Below are positions 38,212 to 46,780 of a stretch of DNA of 64,000 nt, piece after piece. The notes under the pieces are model-generated. The model saw only the letters and a list, made by a program, of their open reading frames with translations. It was not told where the DNA came from and searched no databases. The translations under genes were made by a program, and so were the position numbers. Each line of letters opens with the position of its first letter. The first letter of the stretch is position 1. The stretch lies in assembly GCA_004297225.1 (NCBI GenBank), contig SCUI01000004.1:38724-102723 (forward strand), given 5' to 3'. This stretch comes from Lysobacteraceae bacterium. Lineage in GTDB: Bacteria; Pseudomonadota; Gammaproteobacteria; Xanthomonadales; Xanthomonadaceae.

Positions 38212-38961
38212 TTATTTCTTCGAGCGGACGAGGAGGGTGGGGGTGCGGCCGTCGGCGGCGGTGCGTTCCTCGAGCTTGAAGTCGGGATGCGCGGCGACCA
38301 GGTCCTTGAGCTTGCGGTAGCCCCAGCTGCGCGAGTCGAAGTCCGGCGCCAGCCGGCTGAGGTTGTTGCCCACCGCGCCCAGCGTCGCCCAGCCGTTGTC
38401 GTCGGAGGCCGAATCCACTGCTTCGCGCAGCAGCAGGTCGAGCTTGCGGTCGCGCTTGAGCGGCTTCTTCTGCGCCGGCTTGCGCGCGCCGCCCTTGCCC
38501 TCGGCGGCGGCTTCCTCCTCCTCGTCCACGCCCAGGTTCTCGGTGTAGATGAACTTGTCGCAGGCCGCGACGAAAGCCTGCGGCGTCTTGCGTTCGCCGA
38601 AGCCGTAGACCGTCATCCCCTGCTCGCGGATGCGCGCGGCCAGGCGGGTGAAGTCGCTGTCGCTGGAGACGATGCAGAAGCCCTCGAGATGGCCGCTGTA
38701 CATCAGGTCCATCGCGTCGATGATCAGCGCGCTGTCGGTGGCGTTCTTGCCGGTGGTGTAGTTGAACTGCTGGATCGGCGTGACCGAATGGGTCAGCAAG
38801 CCGTTCTTCCAGCCACCCAGGTGGCCCGAGGTCCAGTTGCCGTAGGCGCGGCGCACGCTGGCGTTGCCGTACTTGGCGATTTCCGCCATCAGTTGCGGCA
38901 ACCGCCCGGGGTTGCTGTTGTCCGCGTCGATCAGCACCGCGAGCCGTGCGCCATTGGCCAT
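38212..38961 (-). CDS. NYN (LabA/PIN-like) nuclease domain protein with a C-terminal OST-HTH/LOTUS domain
   Basis: The N-terminal LAVLIDADN...AYGNW...TGKNATDSALIIDAMD...IVSSDSDFT matches NYN. An acidic/basic linker follows. The C-terminal GWATLGAVGNNL...DSRSWGYRKL matches OST-HTH. Confidence 0.82.
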   Translation of the reverse strand: MANGARLAVLIDADNSNPGRLPQLMAEIAKYGNASVRRAYGNWTSGHLGGWKNGLLTHSVTPIQQFNYTTGKNATDSALIIDAMDLMYSGHLEGFCIVSSDSDFTRLAARIREQGMTVYGFGERKTPQAFVAACDKFIYTENLGVDEEEEAAAEGKGGARKPAQKKPLKRDRKLDLLLREAVDSASDDNGWATLGAVGNNLSRLAPDFDSRSWGYRKLKDLVAAHPDFKLEERTAADGRTPTLLVRSKK

Positions 38962-38972
38962 GGAGGAACTTC

Positions 38973-38999
38973 CCTTGAGGGAGCGGCGGAAGCCGCGAC
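38973..38999. repeat. REP3 unit
   Basis: ccttgagggagcggcggaagccgcgac lies in the 48-bp gap between two same-strand genes. Confidence 0.8.
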
Positions 39000-39009
39000 A
39001 ACGGGGAGG

Positions 39010-40194
39010 TTAACGCTTCGGAGTGATCCGCAGCAGCTTCCCGTCCTCTGCGTCGGTCAGCACGTACACCGCGCCATCCCCGCCGACGCGCACGTCGCGG
39101 ATGCGTTCGCCCAGGTCCTGCAGCAGCCGTTCCTCGGCCGCGATCCTGTTGCCGTCCAGCGACAGGCGGATCAGGTCCCGGTCGGCCAGCGCACCCAGGA
39201 ACAGGCTGTCGTTCCACGGCGAGTCCGGCTGCCCGCGCAGGAAGGCCATGCCGCTCAATCCCGGCGATTTCGCCCAGACGTGGTACGGCGACTCCATGCC
39301 CGGGGCATCGGTGCCGATGGTTTCGGGGTAGGGCTGGTTGCTGCCGTAATCCATGCCGTTGCTGATCACCGGCCAGCCGTAGTTCTTGCCGGCTTCGGGC
39401 AGGTTGAGTTCGTCGCCGCCGCGCGGACCATGCTCGCTCGCCCAGAGCACGCCGGTCAGCGGGTCGATCGCCATGCCCTGCATGTTGCGGTGGCCGTAGC
39501 TGAAGATTTCCGGGCGTGCGCCTTCGCGGCCGACGAACGGATTGTCGGCGGGAATGCCGCCCTGCAGGTCCAGCCGCACCAGCTTGCCCTGCAGCTTGTC
39601 CAGCTGCTGCGCCAAGGGCTTGTCGTTGCGGTCGCCCTGGCTGATGAAGACGTGGCCGTCGCGGTCGAAGGCGACGCGCGAGCCGAAGTGGTTGGGACCG
39701 CGCACCTTGGGCGCCTGGCGATAGACCACGCGCAGGTCGGCCAGTGCGTCGTCGCCGAGGGTCGCGGTCGCCGCCGCCGTGCCCGCGGTGCCGCCGGGGC
39801 CCGGTTCGGCATAGGTGAGCCACACGCGGCGCGACTGGGCGAAGTCCGGTGCCGGCACCACGTCCAGCAAGCCGCCCTGGCCGTGGGCCCAGACCGCCGG
39901 CACGCCGGCCAACGGTTCGGAGATTTCACCGCCTGCCGAGACGCGGCGCAGGCGCCCGGGGCGCTCGGTGACCAGGAAACCGCCGTCGGGTAGCAGCGCG
40001 ACGGCCCAGGGGTGCTCGAAGCCCTGGGCCACGATGTCCACCTGTACGCCGACAGCGGCGGGCGCAGGGGCGGGCGCAGTTGCATCGGCCCCAGGCGCGG
40101 CCGCAAGCGGCGTCGCCGCCTGTTCGGTGCCGCAGGCCGGCAATGCCGCCAGGCAGATCGCGATCGCCAGTGCTCGCATCGGACTCACCTGCAT
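39010..40194 (-). CDS. PQQ-dependent sugar dehydrogenase (soluble aldose dehydrogenase, YliI/Asd-like), lipoprotein
   Basis: Has a lipobox (ALPACG). The blocks FEHPWAVALLPDG, GQGGLLDV, HFGSRVAFD and GHRNMQG match a beta-propeller glucose/sorbosone dehydrogenase. Confidence 0.85.
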   Translation of the reverse strand: MQVSPMRALAIAICLAALPACGTEQAATPLAAAPGADATAPAPAPAAVGVQVDIVAQGFEHPWAVALLPDGGFLVTERPGRLRRVSAGGEISEPLAGVPAVWAHGQGGLLDVVPAPDFAQSRRVWLTYAEPGPGGTAGTAAATATLGDDALADLRVVYRQAPKVRGPNHFGSRVAFDRDGHVFISQGDRNDKPLAQQLDKLQGKLVRLDLQGGIPADNPFVGREGARPEIFSYGHRNMQGMAIDPLTGVLWASEHGPRGGDELNLPEAGKNYGWPVISNGMDYGSNQPYPETIGTDAPGMESPYHVWAKSPGLSGMAFLRGQPDSPWNDSLFLGALADRDLIRLSLDGNRIAAEERLLQDLGERIRDVRVGGDGAVYVLTDAEDGKLLRITPKR

Positions 40195-40225
40195 GTGGCG
40201 CGCCAGGCGCGATGCCCGGATCGTA

Positions 40226-40753
40226 TCAATCCCCGCCGCGCACCGCTTCGCCCCGGCGGCCGAAGGACGCGGCGCCGTCGTCGACGCGGATTTCATTGCG
40301 CACCTCGCGCACGCCGCTGGCCTCGGCGGCGATGTCCTCGGCGCGGTGCTTCATGCCGCGCTCGGGCACGTTGCCGGTCAGCGTGACCACGCCGTCCTCG
40401 ATCATCAGCAGGATCTGGCTGGCGTCGATGTGGTCGTCGTCGGTCAGTCGATCGACGATGTCGTCGCGGATGCGCTCGTCCGGGCGCACGTAGCCCTGCG
40501 GGCCACGGCCACGGAAGCCGCGCGCCCGGCGGCCTGGCGAGGCGGCGGGATAGGTGAAGTCGCCATAGCCGCCCAGTCCTGGCTGGCCGAAGGTGTTGTC
40601 CGGATCGGCGCGGTCCTCGCCCCAGCTGCGGTTGGTGACCGAGGGCAGTCCGTCGTAGAGCTCCGGATTGCGGGGGCCGGCGTAGTGGCGCGGTTCGCGG
40701 GTGCCGGTGCCGGTGTGCGGGGTGCCGCGGTTGCGATCGTTGCGATGGGCCAT
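40226..40753 (-). CDS. BON domain protein with a disordered Gly/Arg/Pro-rich N-terminal half
   Basis: The C-terminal DERIRDDIVDRL...VTLTGNVPERGMKHRAEDIAAEASGVREVRNEIRV is a BON domain. Confidence 0.8.
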   Translation of the reverse strand: MAHRNDRNRGTPHTGTGTREPRHYAGPRNPELYDGLPSVTNRSWGEDRADPDNTFGQPGLGGYGDFTYPAASPGRRARGFRGRGPQGYVRPDERIRDDIVDRLTDDDHIDASQILLMIEDGVVTLTGNVPERGMKHRAEDIAAEASGVREVRNEIRVDDGAASFGRRGEAVRGGD

Positions 40754-40833
40754 GGCCGTTCTCCTCGTGCCTGCGATCGTTCCCACCCTAGTGACTGCCA
40801 CGTCACGAGCGCGTCGCTTCGGAGTGGCACCCT

Positions 40834-42696
40834 TCAACGGTAGCCGGCCGCCTGGAGCTCGAAGAGTTCGGCGTAGCGGCCACCGGCGGCCATCAGCTCT
40901 TCGTGGGTGCCGCTGGCTTCCAGCCGGCCGTTGGCCAGCACCAGGATGCGGTCGGCCATGCGCACGCTGGAGAAACGGTGCGAGATGAGGATGGCGGTGC
41001 GTTGCTCGGACAGCTCGCGGAAGCGCTGGAACACCTCGAACTCGGCGCGCGCATCGAGCGCCGCGGTCGGCTCGTCGAGGATCATCACTTGCGCATCGCG
41101 CATGTAGCCGCGCGCGATCGCGATCTTCTGCCATTGCCCGCCGGACAGATCCACGCCGGTCTTGAAGCGCCGGCCGACCAGCTGCTCGTAACCCAGCGGC
41201 AGCGACGCCGCCACCTCGTCGGCACCGGAGCGGCGCGCGGCGCGCTCGATGCGCCCGCGGTCGTCCATCCGATCCACCTGGCCGACGCCGATGTTCTCGG
41301 CCACGGTCAGGTGGTAGCGCACGAAGTCCTGGAAGATCACGCCGATGTTGGCGCGCAGGTCCTCCAGGTCGTAGTCGCGCAGGTCGCGGCCGTCGAGCAG
41401 GATCCTGCCTTCGTCCGGGTCGTACAGCCGTGCCAGCAGCTTCACCAGCGTGGTCTTGCCGGCGCCGTTCTCGCCCACCAGTGCGAGCACCTCGCCGGCG
41501 CGCAGTTCGAAGTCGAGCCCGCGCAACGCCCAACGACTGGCTTCCGGATAACGGAAGCCGACGTTCTCGAAGGCGAAGCCGCGCGCGATCGGTTGCGGCA
41601 CCGGGAGCGCGTCGGGCATCGAGCGGATCTCCGGCTGGATCTCGTAGAACGAGTACAGGTCGTCCAGGTACAGCGCCTGGCCGGCGACCTGCGAGAAGCC
41701 CACCAACAGGCCTTCGAGCAATTGCCGCAGCCGGCGGAAGCTGCCGGCGAGGAAGGTCAGGTCGCCGATGGTGAAGTCGCCCCGCACCGTGCGCCAGGCG
41801 ATGTAGGCGTAGGCGACGTAGTAGCCCAGCGTCCCCAGCGAGCCGAGCAGCGTGCCCCAGAACGCGCGCTTGCCGGCCAGCGCCTTGTTGGCCTCGTAGA
41901 ACCTGTCCGCAAGCGCCCGGAAGCGGGCGATGAAGAAGCGGTTGAGGTTGAAGATCTTGACCTCTTTCGCGGTCTCGACGCTGGCGCCGGTCTGGCGCAG
42001 GTAGTCGAGTTGGCGCCGTTCCGGCGTCCACGCGAAGTTGAGCGTGTAGTTGAGCGCGTTGAAGTGCGACTCGCCGACGAATGCGGGCAGCAGCGCGACC
42101 GCGAGCAGTACGATCAGCCACGGCGCGTAGACCAGCAGGCCGGCGGCGAAGCTGACGACGGTGATGATGTCCTGCGCCTGCCCGAACAGCTGGCTCATCA
42201 GGTTCATCCGGCCCATGGTCTGGCGCCGGGCGCGGTCGAGCTTGTCCTGCAGGTCGGGGTCCTCGAAATCCTCCAGGTCGAGCGTCGCCGCGTGCTCCAT
42301 CAGGCGCACGCTGGTGGCGTTGGTGAAGCGCTCGGAGAGCAGTCCGTCGCTGTAGCTGACGAGGCGGCCGAACAGGTCCGAGGCGATCGCCAACACGAAC
42401 TCGGCGGTGAGCAGCCAGAGCAGGTGCGAGAGCGCGCCGCTGGCCCAGGCCGTGGCGAAATCCGCGGCGACGCCGGCGCCGACCAACCGTACCGCCTCGT
42501 CGATGATCAGCTTGCCGATGTACAGGGTCGCGACCGGCACCAGCGCACGGACCAGGCGCAGCCCCAGGCTGGCCAGGGTCAGCGGCTTGCTGGTGGCCCA
42601 GATCTCGCGCAGGAACGGCGGCAGGTTGCGCAGCGCACCGACACGCTCGCGCAGGCTGGGGCGGGGGCTGGCGGGCGAGGGAGCTGGGGCGGGCAT
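40834..42696 (-). CDS. ABC exporter, fused permease/ATPase (type I exporter fold)
   Basis: Has an N-terminal six-TM region, Walker A GENGAGKTTLVK, signature LSGGQWQKIAIAR and Walker B VMILDEPT. Confidence 0.88.
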   Translation of the reverse strand: MPAPAPSPASPRPSLRERVGALRNLPPFLREIWATSKPLTLASLGLRLVRALVPVATLYIGKLIIDEAVRLVGAGVAADFATAWASGALSHLLWLLTAEFVLAIASDLFGRLVSYSDGLLSERFTNATSVRLMEHAATLDLEDFEDPDLQDKLDRARRQTMGRMNLMSQLFGQAQDIITVVSFAAGLLVYAPWLIVLLAVALLPAFVGESHFNALNYTLNFAWTPERRQLDYLRQTGASVETAKEVKIFNLNRFFIARFRALADRFYEANKALAGKRAFWGTLLGSLGTLGYYVAYAYIAWRTVRGDFTIGDLTFLAGSFRRLRQLLEGLLVGFSQVAGQALYLDDLYSFYEIQPEIRSMPDALPVPQPIARGFAFENVGFRYPEASRWALRGLDFELRAGEVLALVGENGAGKTTLVKLLARLYDPDEGRILLDGRDLRDYDLEDLRANIGVIFQDFVRYHLTVAENIGVGQVDRMDDRGRIERAARRSGADEVAASLPLGYEQLVGRRFKTGVDLSGGQWQKIAIARGYMRDAQVMILDEPTAALDARAEFEVFQRFRELSEQRTAILISHRFSSVRMADRILVLANGRLEASGTHEELMAAGGRYAELFELQAAGYR

Positions 42697-42759
42697 CGAT
42701 CAGGATGATCCCAGACCTGAGGTGATGCCGCCTCGGCCTTGTTCGTGATCGGATCGAGG

Positions 42760-42775
42760 TATAACATTGGTTATA
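42760..42775. promoter_or_regulatory. Perfect 16-bp palindrome TATAACATTGGTTATA upstream of the antitoxin gene (candidate operator)
   Basis: It sits 30 nt upstream of the antitoxin ATG in a locally AT-richer stretch. Autoregulated TA operons typically carry such operators. Confidence 0.45.
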
Positions 42776-42804
42776 ACGTCAGGTTACCCGCCAGGCCCGC
42801 CACC

Positions 42805-43026
42805 ATGAAGCTCAAGATCACCGCCATCGGCAATTCGGCTGGCGTCATTCTCCCCAGGGAACTGCTCGCCCGACTGCGCCTGGAAAAGGGCGACGAGTTG
42901 TATGCGCTGGAGACACCCGACGGGATCCGGCTGACAGCGTTCGACCCGGAACTCGCGGCGCAGATGGAAGTGGCCGAACGCATCATGCGCGAGGATCGAA
43001 ACGTGTTGCGAAAGCTCGCGGAGTGA
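42805..43026 (+). CDS. AbrB/MazE/SpoVT-type antitoxin (Phd-like partner of Doc)
   Basis: KITAIGNSAGVILPRELLARL is a swapped-hairpin beta-barrel motif. The gene ends 6 nt before the doc start. Confidence 0.85.
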   Translation: MKLKITAIGNSAGVILPRELLARLRLEKGDELYALETPDGIRLTAFDPELAAQMEVAERIMREDRNVLRKLAE

Positions 43027-43032
43027 TCCTGC

Positions 43033-43461
43033 ATGATCATATGGATCACCCGCAGCCTGGCACTCGCGATTCATGAGCGGCAGCTCGCGGAGCATGGGGG
43101 CGGGGAAGGCGTGAGGGACGAATCGCTCCTTGAGTCCGCCCTGGCTCGTCCCCGGCAGCTGCACAGCTATGGATCACCGACGCCGGACATGGCCGACCTT
43201 GCCGCGAGCCTGGCTTTCGGCCTGGCACGCAACCATCCCTTCGTGGATGGCAACAAGCGGACCGCGCACGTCTGCTATCGCGTATTCCTTGCAATCAACG
43301 ATGTCGAGTTGGTCGCCAGCGAAGAGGAGAAGTACGTACAGATGCTTGCGCTGGCGGAGGGGTCGCTTTCCGAATCGGCGTTCGCCGCTTGGCTGCGGCC
43401 TCGCCTGGACGCGGAGCCGGGGAGCGTGGTCCACGAGCGGCGCGCCAGGTACGCGAAATAG
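43033..43461 (+). CDS. doc: Type II toxin Doc (death-on-curing, Fic fold)
   Basis: Carries the Fic/Doc motif HPFVDGNKRTA. Both its size and its position after the antitoxin fit. Confidence 0.9.
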   Translation: MIIWITRSLALAIHERQLAEHGGGEGVRDESLLESALARPRQLHSYGSPTPDMADLAASLAFGLARNHPFVDGNKRTAHVCYRVFLAINDVELVASEEEKYVQMLALAEGSLSESAFAAWLRPRLDAEPGSVVHERRARYAK

Positions 43462-43467
43462 GGACGC

Positions 43468-43971
43468 TTAGCGCTTCACCGCGATCTTGTGCAGCGCCAG
43501 CCGCGAATCCAGGGATTCGGCGGGCTGCCCCAGGTGGCGGGTGATCTCGGCCATCGCCTCGTACTCGCGGCGGTCGAGCTTGCCGTCGGCGGCGGCCAGG
43601 CGCAGCAGCACGTTGTGCAGGCGGTCGTTCTCGGCGGAGCCACCCGGGTGCGACGCGGTGAACCGCTGCAGCAGCGTCGGTGCGTCGATCTCGCGGCGCA
43701 TGCCGCGCTCGAAAGCCTCCATCGCGATCGCGCGCGCGGCCAGCGACAGGTCGGTTTCGTCCATCACCAGGTTGGCGGCCTGAGACTCGTGGCTGGTGAC
43801 CAGCCGGTCGGACTTGGCCACGTAACCCATCATCCCGAAGAAGACCTCAAGGATCAGCTGCTGCCCGGCATCGGGCTTGCCGCCACCGACCACATCGGTG
43901 AGCAGCAACTTGATGTCCCGCATCGCGCCGCGGATGCCGTCGAACTTTCCGGTGGCGGTGTCTGCGCCCAT
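43468..43971 (-). CDS. TerB-like (tellurite resistance TerB / DjlA N-terminal domain) protein
   Basis: This 167-aa helical protein has VAKSDRLVTSHE and AAADGKLDRREYEAM repeats typical of TerB-fold proteins. Confidence 0.6.
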   Translation of the reverse strand: MGADTATGKFDGIRGAMRDIKLLLTDVVGGGKPDAGQQLILEVFFGMMGYVAKSDRLVTSHESQAANLVMDETDLSLAARAIAMEAFERGMRREIDAPTLLQRFTASHPGGSAENDRLHNVLLRLAAADGKLDRREYEAMAEITRHLGQPAESLDSRLALHKIAVKR

Positions 43972-44131
43972 GTCCCTTTCCCCGTCGGTTGGCCCTGGGG
44001 CCGATCCTAGACCCTCCCGCTGGCCGTGGCATCCCTGCGGCGAGGGCGGACCAAGCCGTTGCGCGCGTTGCCAGAGCTGATCGACCGCGACGGTAGAATG
44101 CACGCTTCGCCCCCCACGTTCGAACGCCACT

Positions 44132-45682
44132 GTGACCCTGCTCCAGCCTCCCGCCACCCGCGCTCCGGTTTCCATCCGCCAGGAAGACCTGGTCCAGTCC
44201 ATCGCCGACGCGCTGCAATACATCTCCTATTACCACCCGGTGGATTACATCCGCGCGTTGTCGGACGCCTACGAGCGCGAGCAGTCGCCGGCGGCGAAGG
44301 AGGCGATGGCGCAGATCCTGATCAATTCGCGCATGTGCGCCGAAGGCCACCGGCCGATCTGCCAGGACACCGGCATCGTCACCGTGTTCCTGAGGATCGG
44401 CATGGACGTGCGCTGGGACGACGCGACCATGGGCGTGGAGGAGATGGTCCACGAGGGCGTGCGCCGCGCCTACAACCATCCGGACAACAAGCTGCGCGCC
44501 TCGGTGCTGGCCGATCCGGCCGGCAAGCGCATCAACACCAGGGACAACACGCCGGGCGTGGTCAACGTCTCGGTGGTGCCAGGCAATACCGTGGAGGTGA
44601 TCGTCGCGGCCAAGGGCGGTGGTTCGGAGGCCAAGTCGAAGTTCGCGATGCTCAACCCCTCCGATTCGATCGTCGACTGGGTGCTGAAGACCGTGCCGAC
44701 GATGGGCGCGGGCTGGTGCCCGCCGGGGATGCTCGGCATCGGCATCGGCGGCACTGCCGAGAAGGCGATGCTGCTGGCCAAGGAAGCGCTGATGGAGGAG
44801 ATCGACATCCAGCAGCTGATCGCGCGCGGCCCCTCGAACCGGATCGAGGAGCTGCGCATCGAGATGTTCGAGAAGGTCAACGCGCTGGGCATCGGCGCGC
44901 AGGGCCTGGGCGGCCTGACCACCGTGCTCGACGTCAAGATCAGGGATTACCCGACCCACGCGGCGAACCTGCCGGTGGCGATGATCCCGAACTGCGCGGC
45001 CACCCGCCATGCGCATTTCGTGCTCGACGGCAATGGCCCGGTGATGCTGGATCCGCCGTCGCTGCAGGATTGGCCGAAACTCACCTTCGACACCTCCAAG
45101 GGCCGGCGCGTGGACCTGGATGCGGTGACGCCCGCCGAGGTCGCCAGCTGGAAGCCCGGCGAGACGCTGCTGCTCAACGGTAAGCTGCTCACCGGCCGCG
45201 ACGCGGCGCACAAGCGGCTGGTCGGCATGCTCGATCGCGGCGAGCCGCTGCCGGTGGACCTGCGCGGCCGCTTCATCTACTACGTCGGCCCGGTGGATCC
45301 GGTGCGCGACGAAGTCGTGGGTCCCGCCGGCCCGACCACCGCCACGCGCATGGACAAGTTCACCGCGCAGGTGCTGGAGCAGACCGGGCTGCTGGGCATG
45401 GTCGGCAAGGCCGAACGCGGGCCCGTTGCCATCGAGGCGATCCGCAGGCACAAGTCCGCCTACCTGATGGCGGTCGGCGGCGCCGCATACCTGGTGTCGA
45501 AGGCGATCAAGGCGGCGCGCGTGGTCGCGTTCGAGGACCTGGGCATGGAGGCGATCTACGAGTTCACCGTGCAGGACATGCCGGTGACGGTGGCGGTGGA
45601 TGCCAGTGGCGAGTCGGTGCACCAGACCGGGCCGCGCGAATGGCAGGCGCGCATCGGCAAGATCCCGGTGGTCGTGGCCTGA
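44132..45682 (+). CDS. fumA: Class I (Fe-S) fumarate hydratase
   Basis: Contains ALQYISYYHP, ICQDTGIV and a C-terminal beta-subunit-like domain (GRFIYYVGP). The GTG start comes from the ORF track. Confidence 0.9.
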   Translation: MTLLQPPATRAPVSIRQEDLVQSIADALQYISYYHPVDYIRALSDAYEREQSPAAKEAMAQILINSRMCAEGHRPICQDTGIVTVFLRIGMDVRWDDATMGVEEMVHEGVRRAYNHPDNKLRASVLADPAGKRINTRDNTPGVVNVSVVPGNTVEVIVAAKGGGSEAKSKFAMLNPSDSIVDWVLKTVPTMGAGWCPPGMLGIGIGGTAEKAMLLAKEALMEEIDIQQLIARGPSNRIEELRIEMFEKVNALGIGAQGLGGLTTVLDVKIRDYPTHAANLPVAMIPNCAATRHAHFVLDGNGPVMLDPPSLQDWPKLTFDTSKGRRVDLDAVTPAEVASWKPGETLLLNGKLLTGRDAAHKRLVGMLDRGEPLPVDLRGRFIYYVGPVDPVRDEVVGPAGPTTATRMDKFTAQVLEQTGLLGMVGKAERGPVAIEAIRRHKSAYLMAVGGAAYLVSKAIKAARVVAFEDLGMEAIYEFTVQDMPVTVAVDASGESVHQTGPREWQARIGKIPVVVA

Positions 45683-45694
45683 ACCTGCGTGGGG

Positions 45695-45765
45695 GCGGCT
45701 CGGGCGTACCCGCGCCAAGTCGCTCCCCGATACTCGCTTGGTTGGCCCGGATACGCCCGAGCCGC
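45695..45765. repeat. Long hairpin (14-bp perfect arms gcggctcgggcgta/tacgcccgagccgc, extendable with mismatches) downstream of fumA
   Basis: The arms lie at 45695-45708 and 45752-45765, with an inner ccaag...cttgg pairing. No T-run follows. Confidence 0.6.
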
Positions 45766-45801
45766 TCCGATTAGAATCGGCCACCAGGGAGGGAATTTGC
45801 C

Positions 45802-46758
45802 ATGAAGGCACGACGGATTCTTTCGATGGACGGCGGCGGCATCCGCGGCCTGGTCACCTGCGAATGGCTGGCCGGGGTCGAGGATGCGCTGGCTGCGGCG
45901 GGCAAACCCGGTTTGTCCCGCAATTTCGACCTGCTGGCCGGCAGTTCCACCGGCGCGATCATCGCCTGCGGGCTGGCGATCGGCTTGTCGCCGCGCGACA
46001 TGGCGGCGCTGTACCGCAGGCATGCGCACACCATCTTCCCGGGCATCGCCGGGCGGCTGTGGTCGCGCGCCGGCCGTTTTTTCACCGAAGGCGTGTCGGC
46101 GCCCAAGTACGACGGCAAGGGCCTGGAAAAGGTGCTGAAGGAAGTCTTCGGCAATACCACGCTGGGCCAGGCCAAGCGGCCGGTGATGATCACCAGCTAC
46201 GATACGATTTCGCGCAAGCCGGTGATGTTCAAGAGCTTCAAGGCCGCGCACAAGGCGATCCCGATGTGGGAAGCCTGCCGCGCCTCGGCCGCGGCGCCGA
46301 CGTATTTCCCGGCCCACGGCATGAGCGTGGAAGGGCGCACGTGCGCGCTGATCGACGGCGGAATGCTCGCCAACAACCCCACCGCCTGCGCGATCGCCGA
46401 GGCCTTGCGCAAGGACGCCGGCGCCGACGTGCCGAAGGACCTGGTGGTGGTGTCGATCGGCAGTGGAGAACACACCCGCAGCATCGACCTGAAGTCGGCG
46501 CGCGAGTGGGGCGCGCTGGAGTGGGCGGTCCCGATCATCGACGTGCTGTTCGACGGCAGCGCCGAGTCGGTGGACTACATCGCCCGCCACCTGGTCGGCG
46601 AGGGCTACTTCCGGCTGCAGGCCGAACTGCGGATCGGCATGGACGACATGGACGACGTCAGCGGCACCAACCTGGCCGCGCTCGAGGCCACCGCGCGCGA
46701 GTACCTGATGCTCCCCGCCACCCGCAAGCGCCTCCGCACCCTCGCTGCGCTCCTGTAG
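45802..46758 (+). CDS. Patatin-like phospholipase
   Basis: Has the oxyanion motif DGGGIRG, the nucleophile elbow GSSTG, and the DGG of the catalytic dyad (IDGGMLANNP). Confidence 0.9.
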   Translation: MKARRILSMDGGGIRGLVTCEWLAGVEDALAAAGKPGLSRNFDLLAGSSTGAIIACGLAIGLSPRDMAALYRRHAHTIFPGIAGRLWSRAGRFFTEGVSAPKYDGKGLEKVLKEVFGNTTLGQAKRPVMITSYDTISRKPVMFKSFKAAHKAIPMWEACRASAAAPTYFPAHGMSVEGRTCALIDGGMLANNPTACAIAEALRKDAGADVPKDLVVVSIGSGEHTRSIDLKSAREWGALEWAVPIIDVLFDGSAESVDYIARHLVGEGYFRLQAELRIGMDDMDDVSGTNLAALEATAREYLMLPATRKRLRTLAALL

Positions 46759-46780
46759 TAGAGCCGGCCCATGGCCGGCT
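46758..46780. repeat. REP1 variant unit (gtagagccggcccatggccggct)
   Basis: It exactly fills the gap between the patatin stop (TAG 46756-46758) and the pldA stop (46781-46783). Confidence 0.8.

Noticed and set aside
43033-43971. Doc toxin plus the adjacent TerB-like protein as a three-gene system
   Set aside because: The TerB-like gene is convergent, with stops 6 nt apart, and has normal GC content. It is therefore unlikely to belong to the lower-GC TA operon.
45802-46758. The patatin-like phospholipase as a CBASS (CapV-type) effector
   Set aside because: There is no CD-NTase/nucleotidyltransferase, E1/E2/JAB or other CBASS accessory gene nearby. The neighbours are fumA and pldA.
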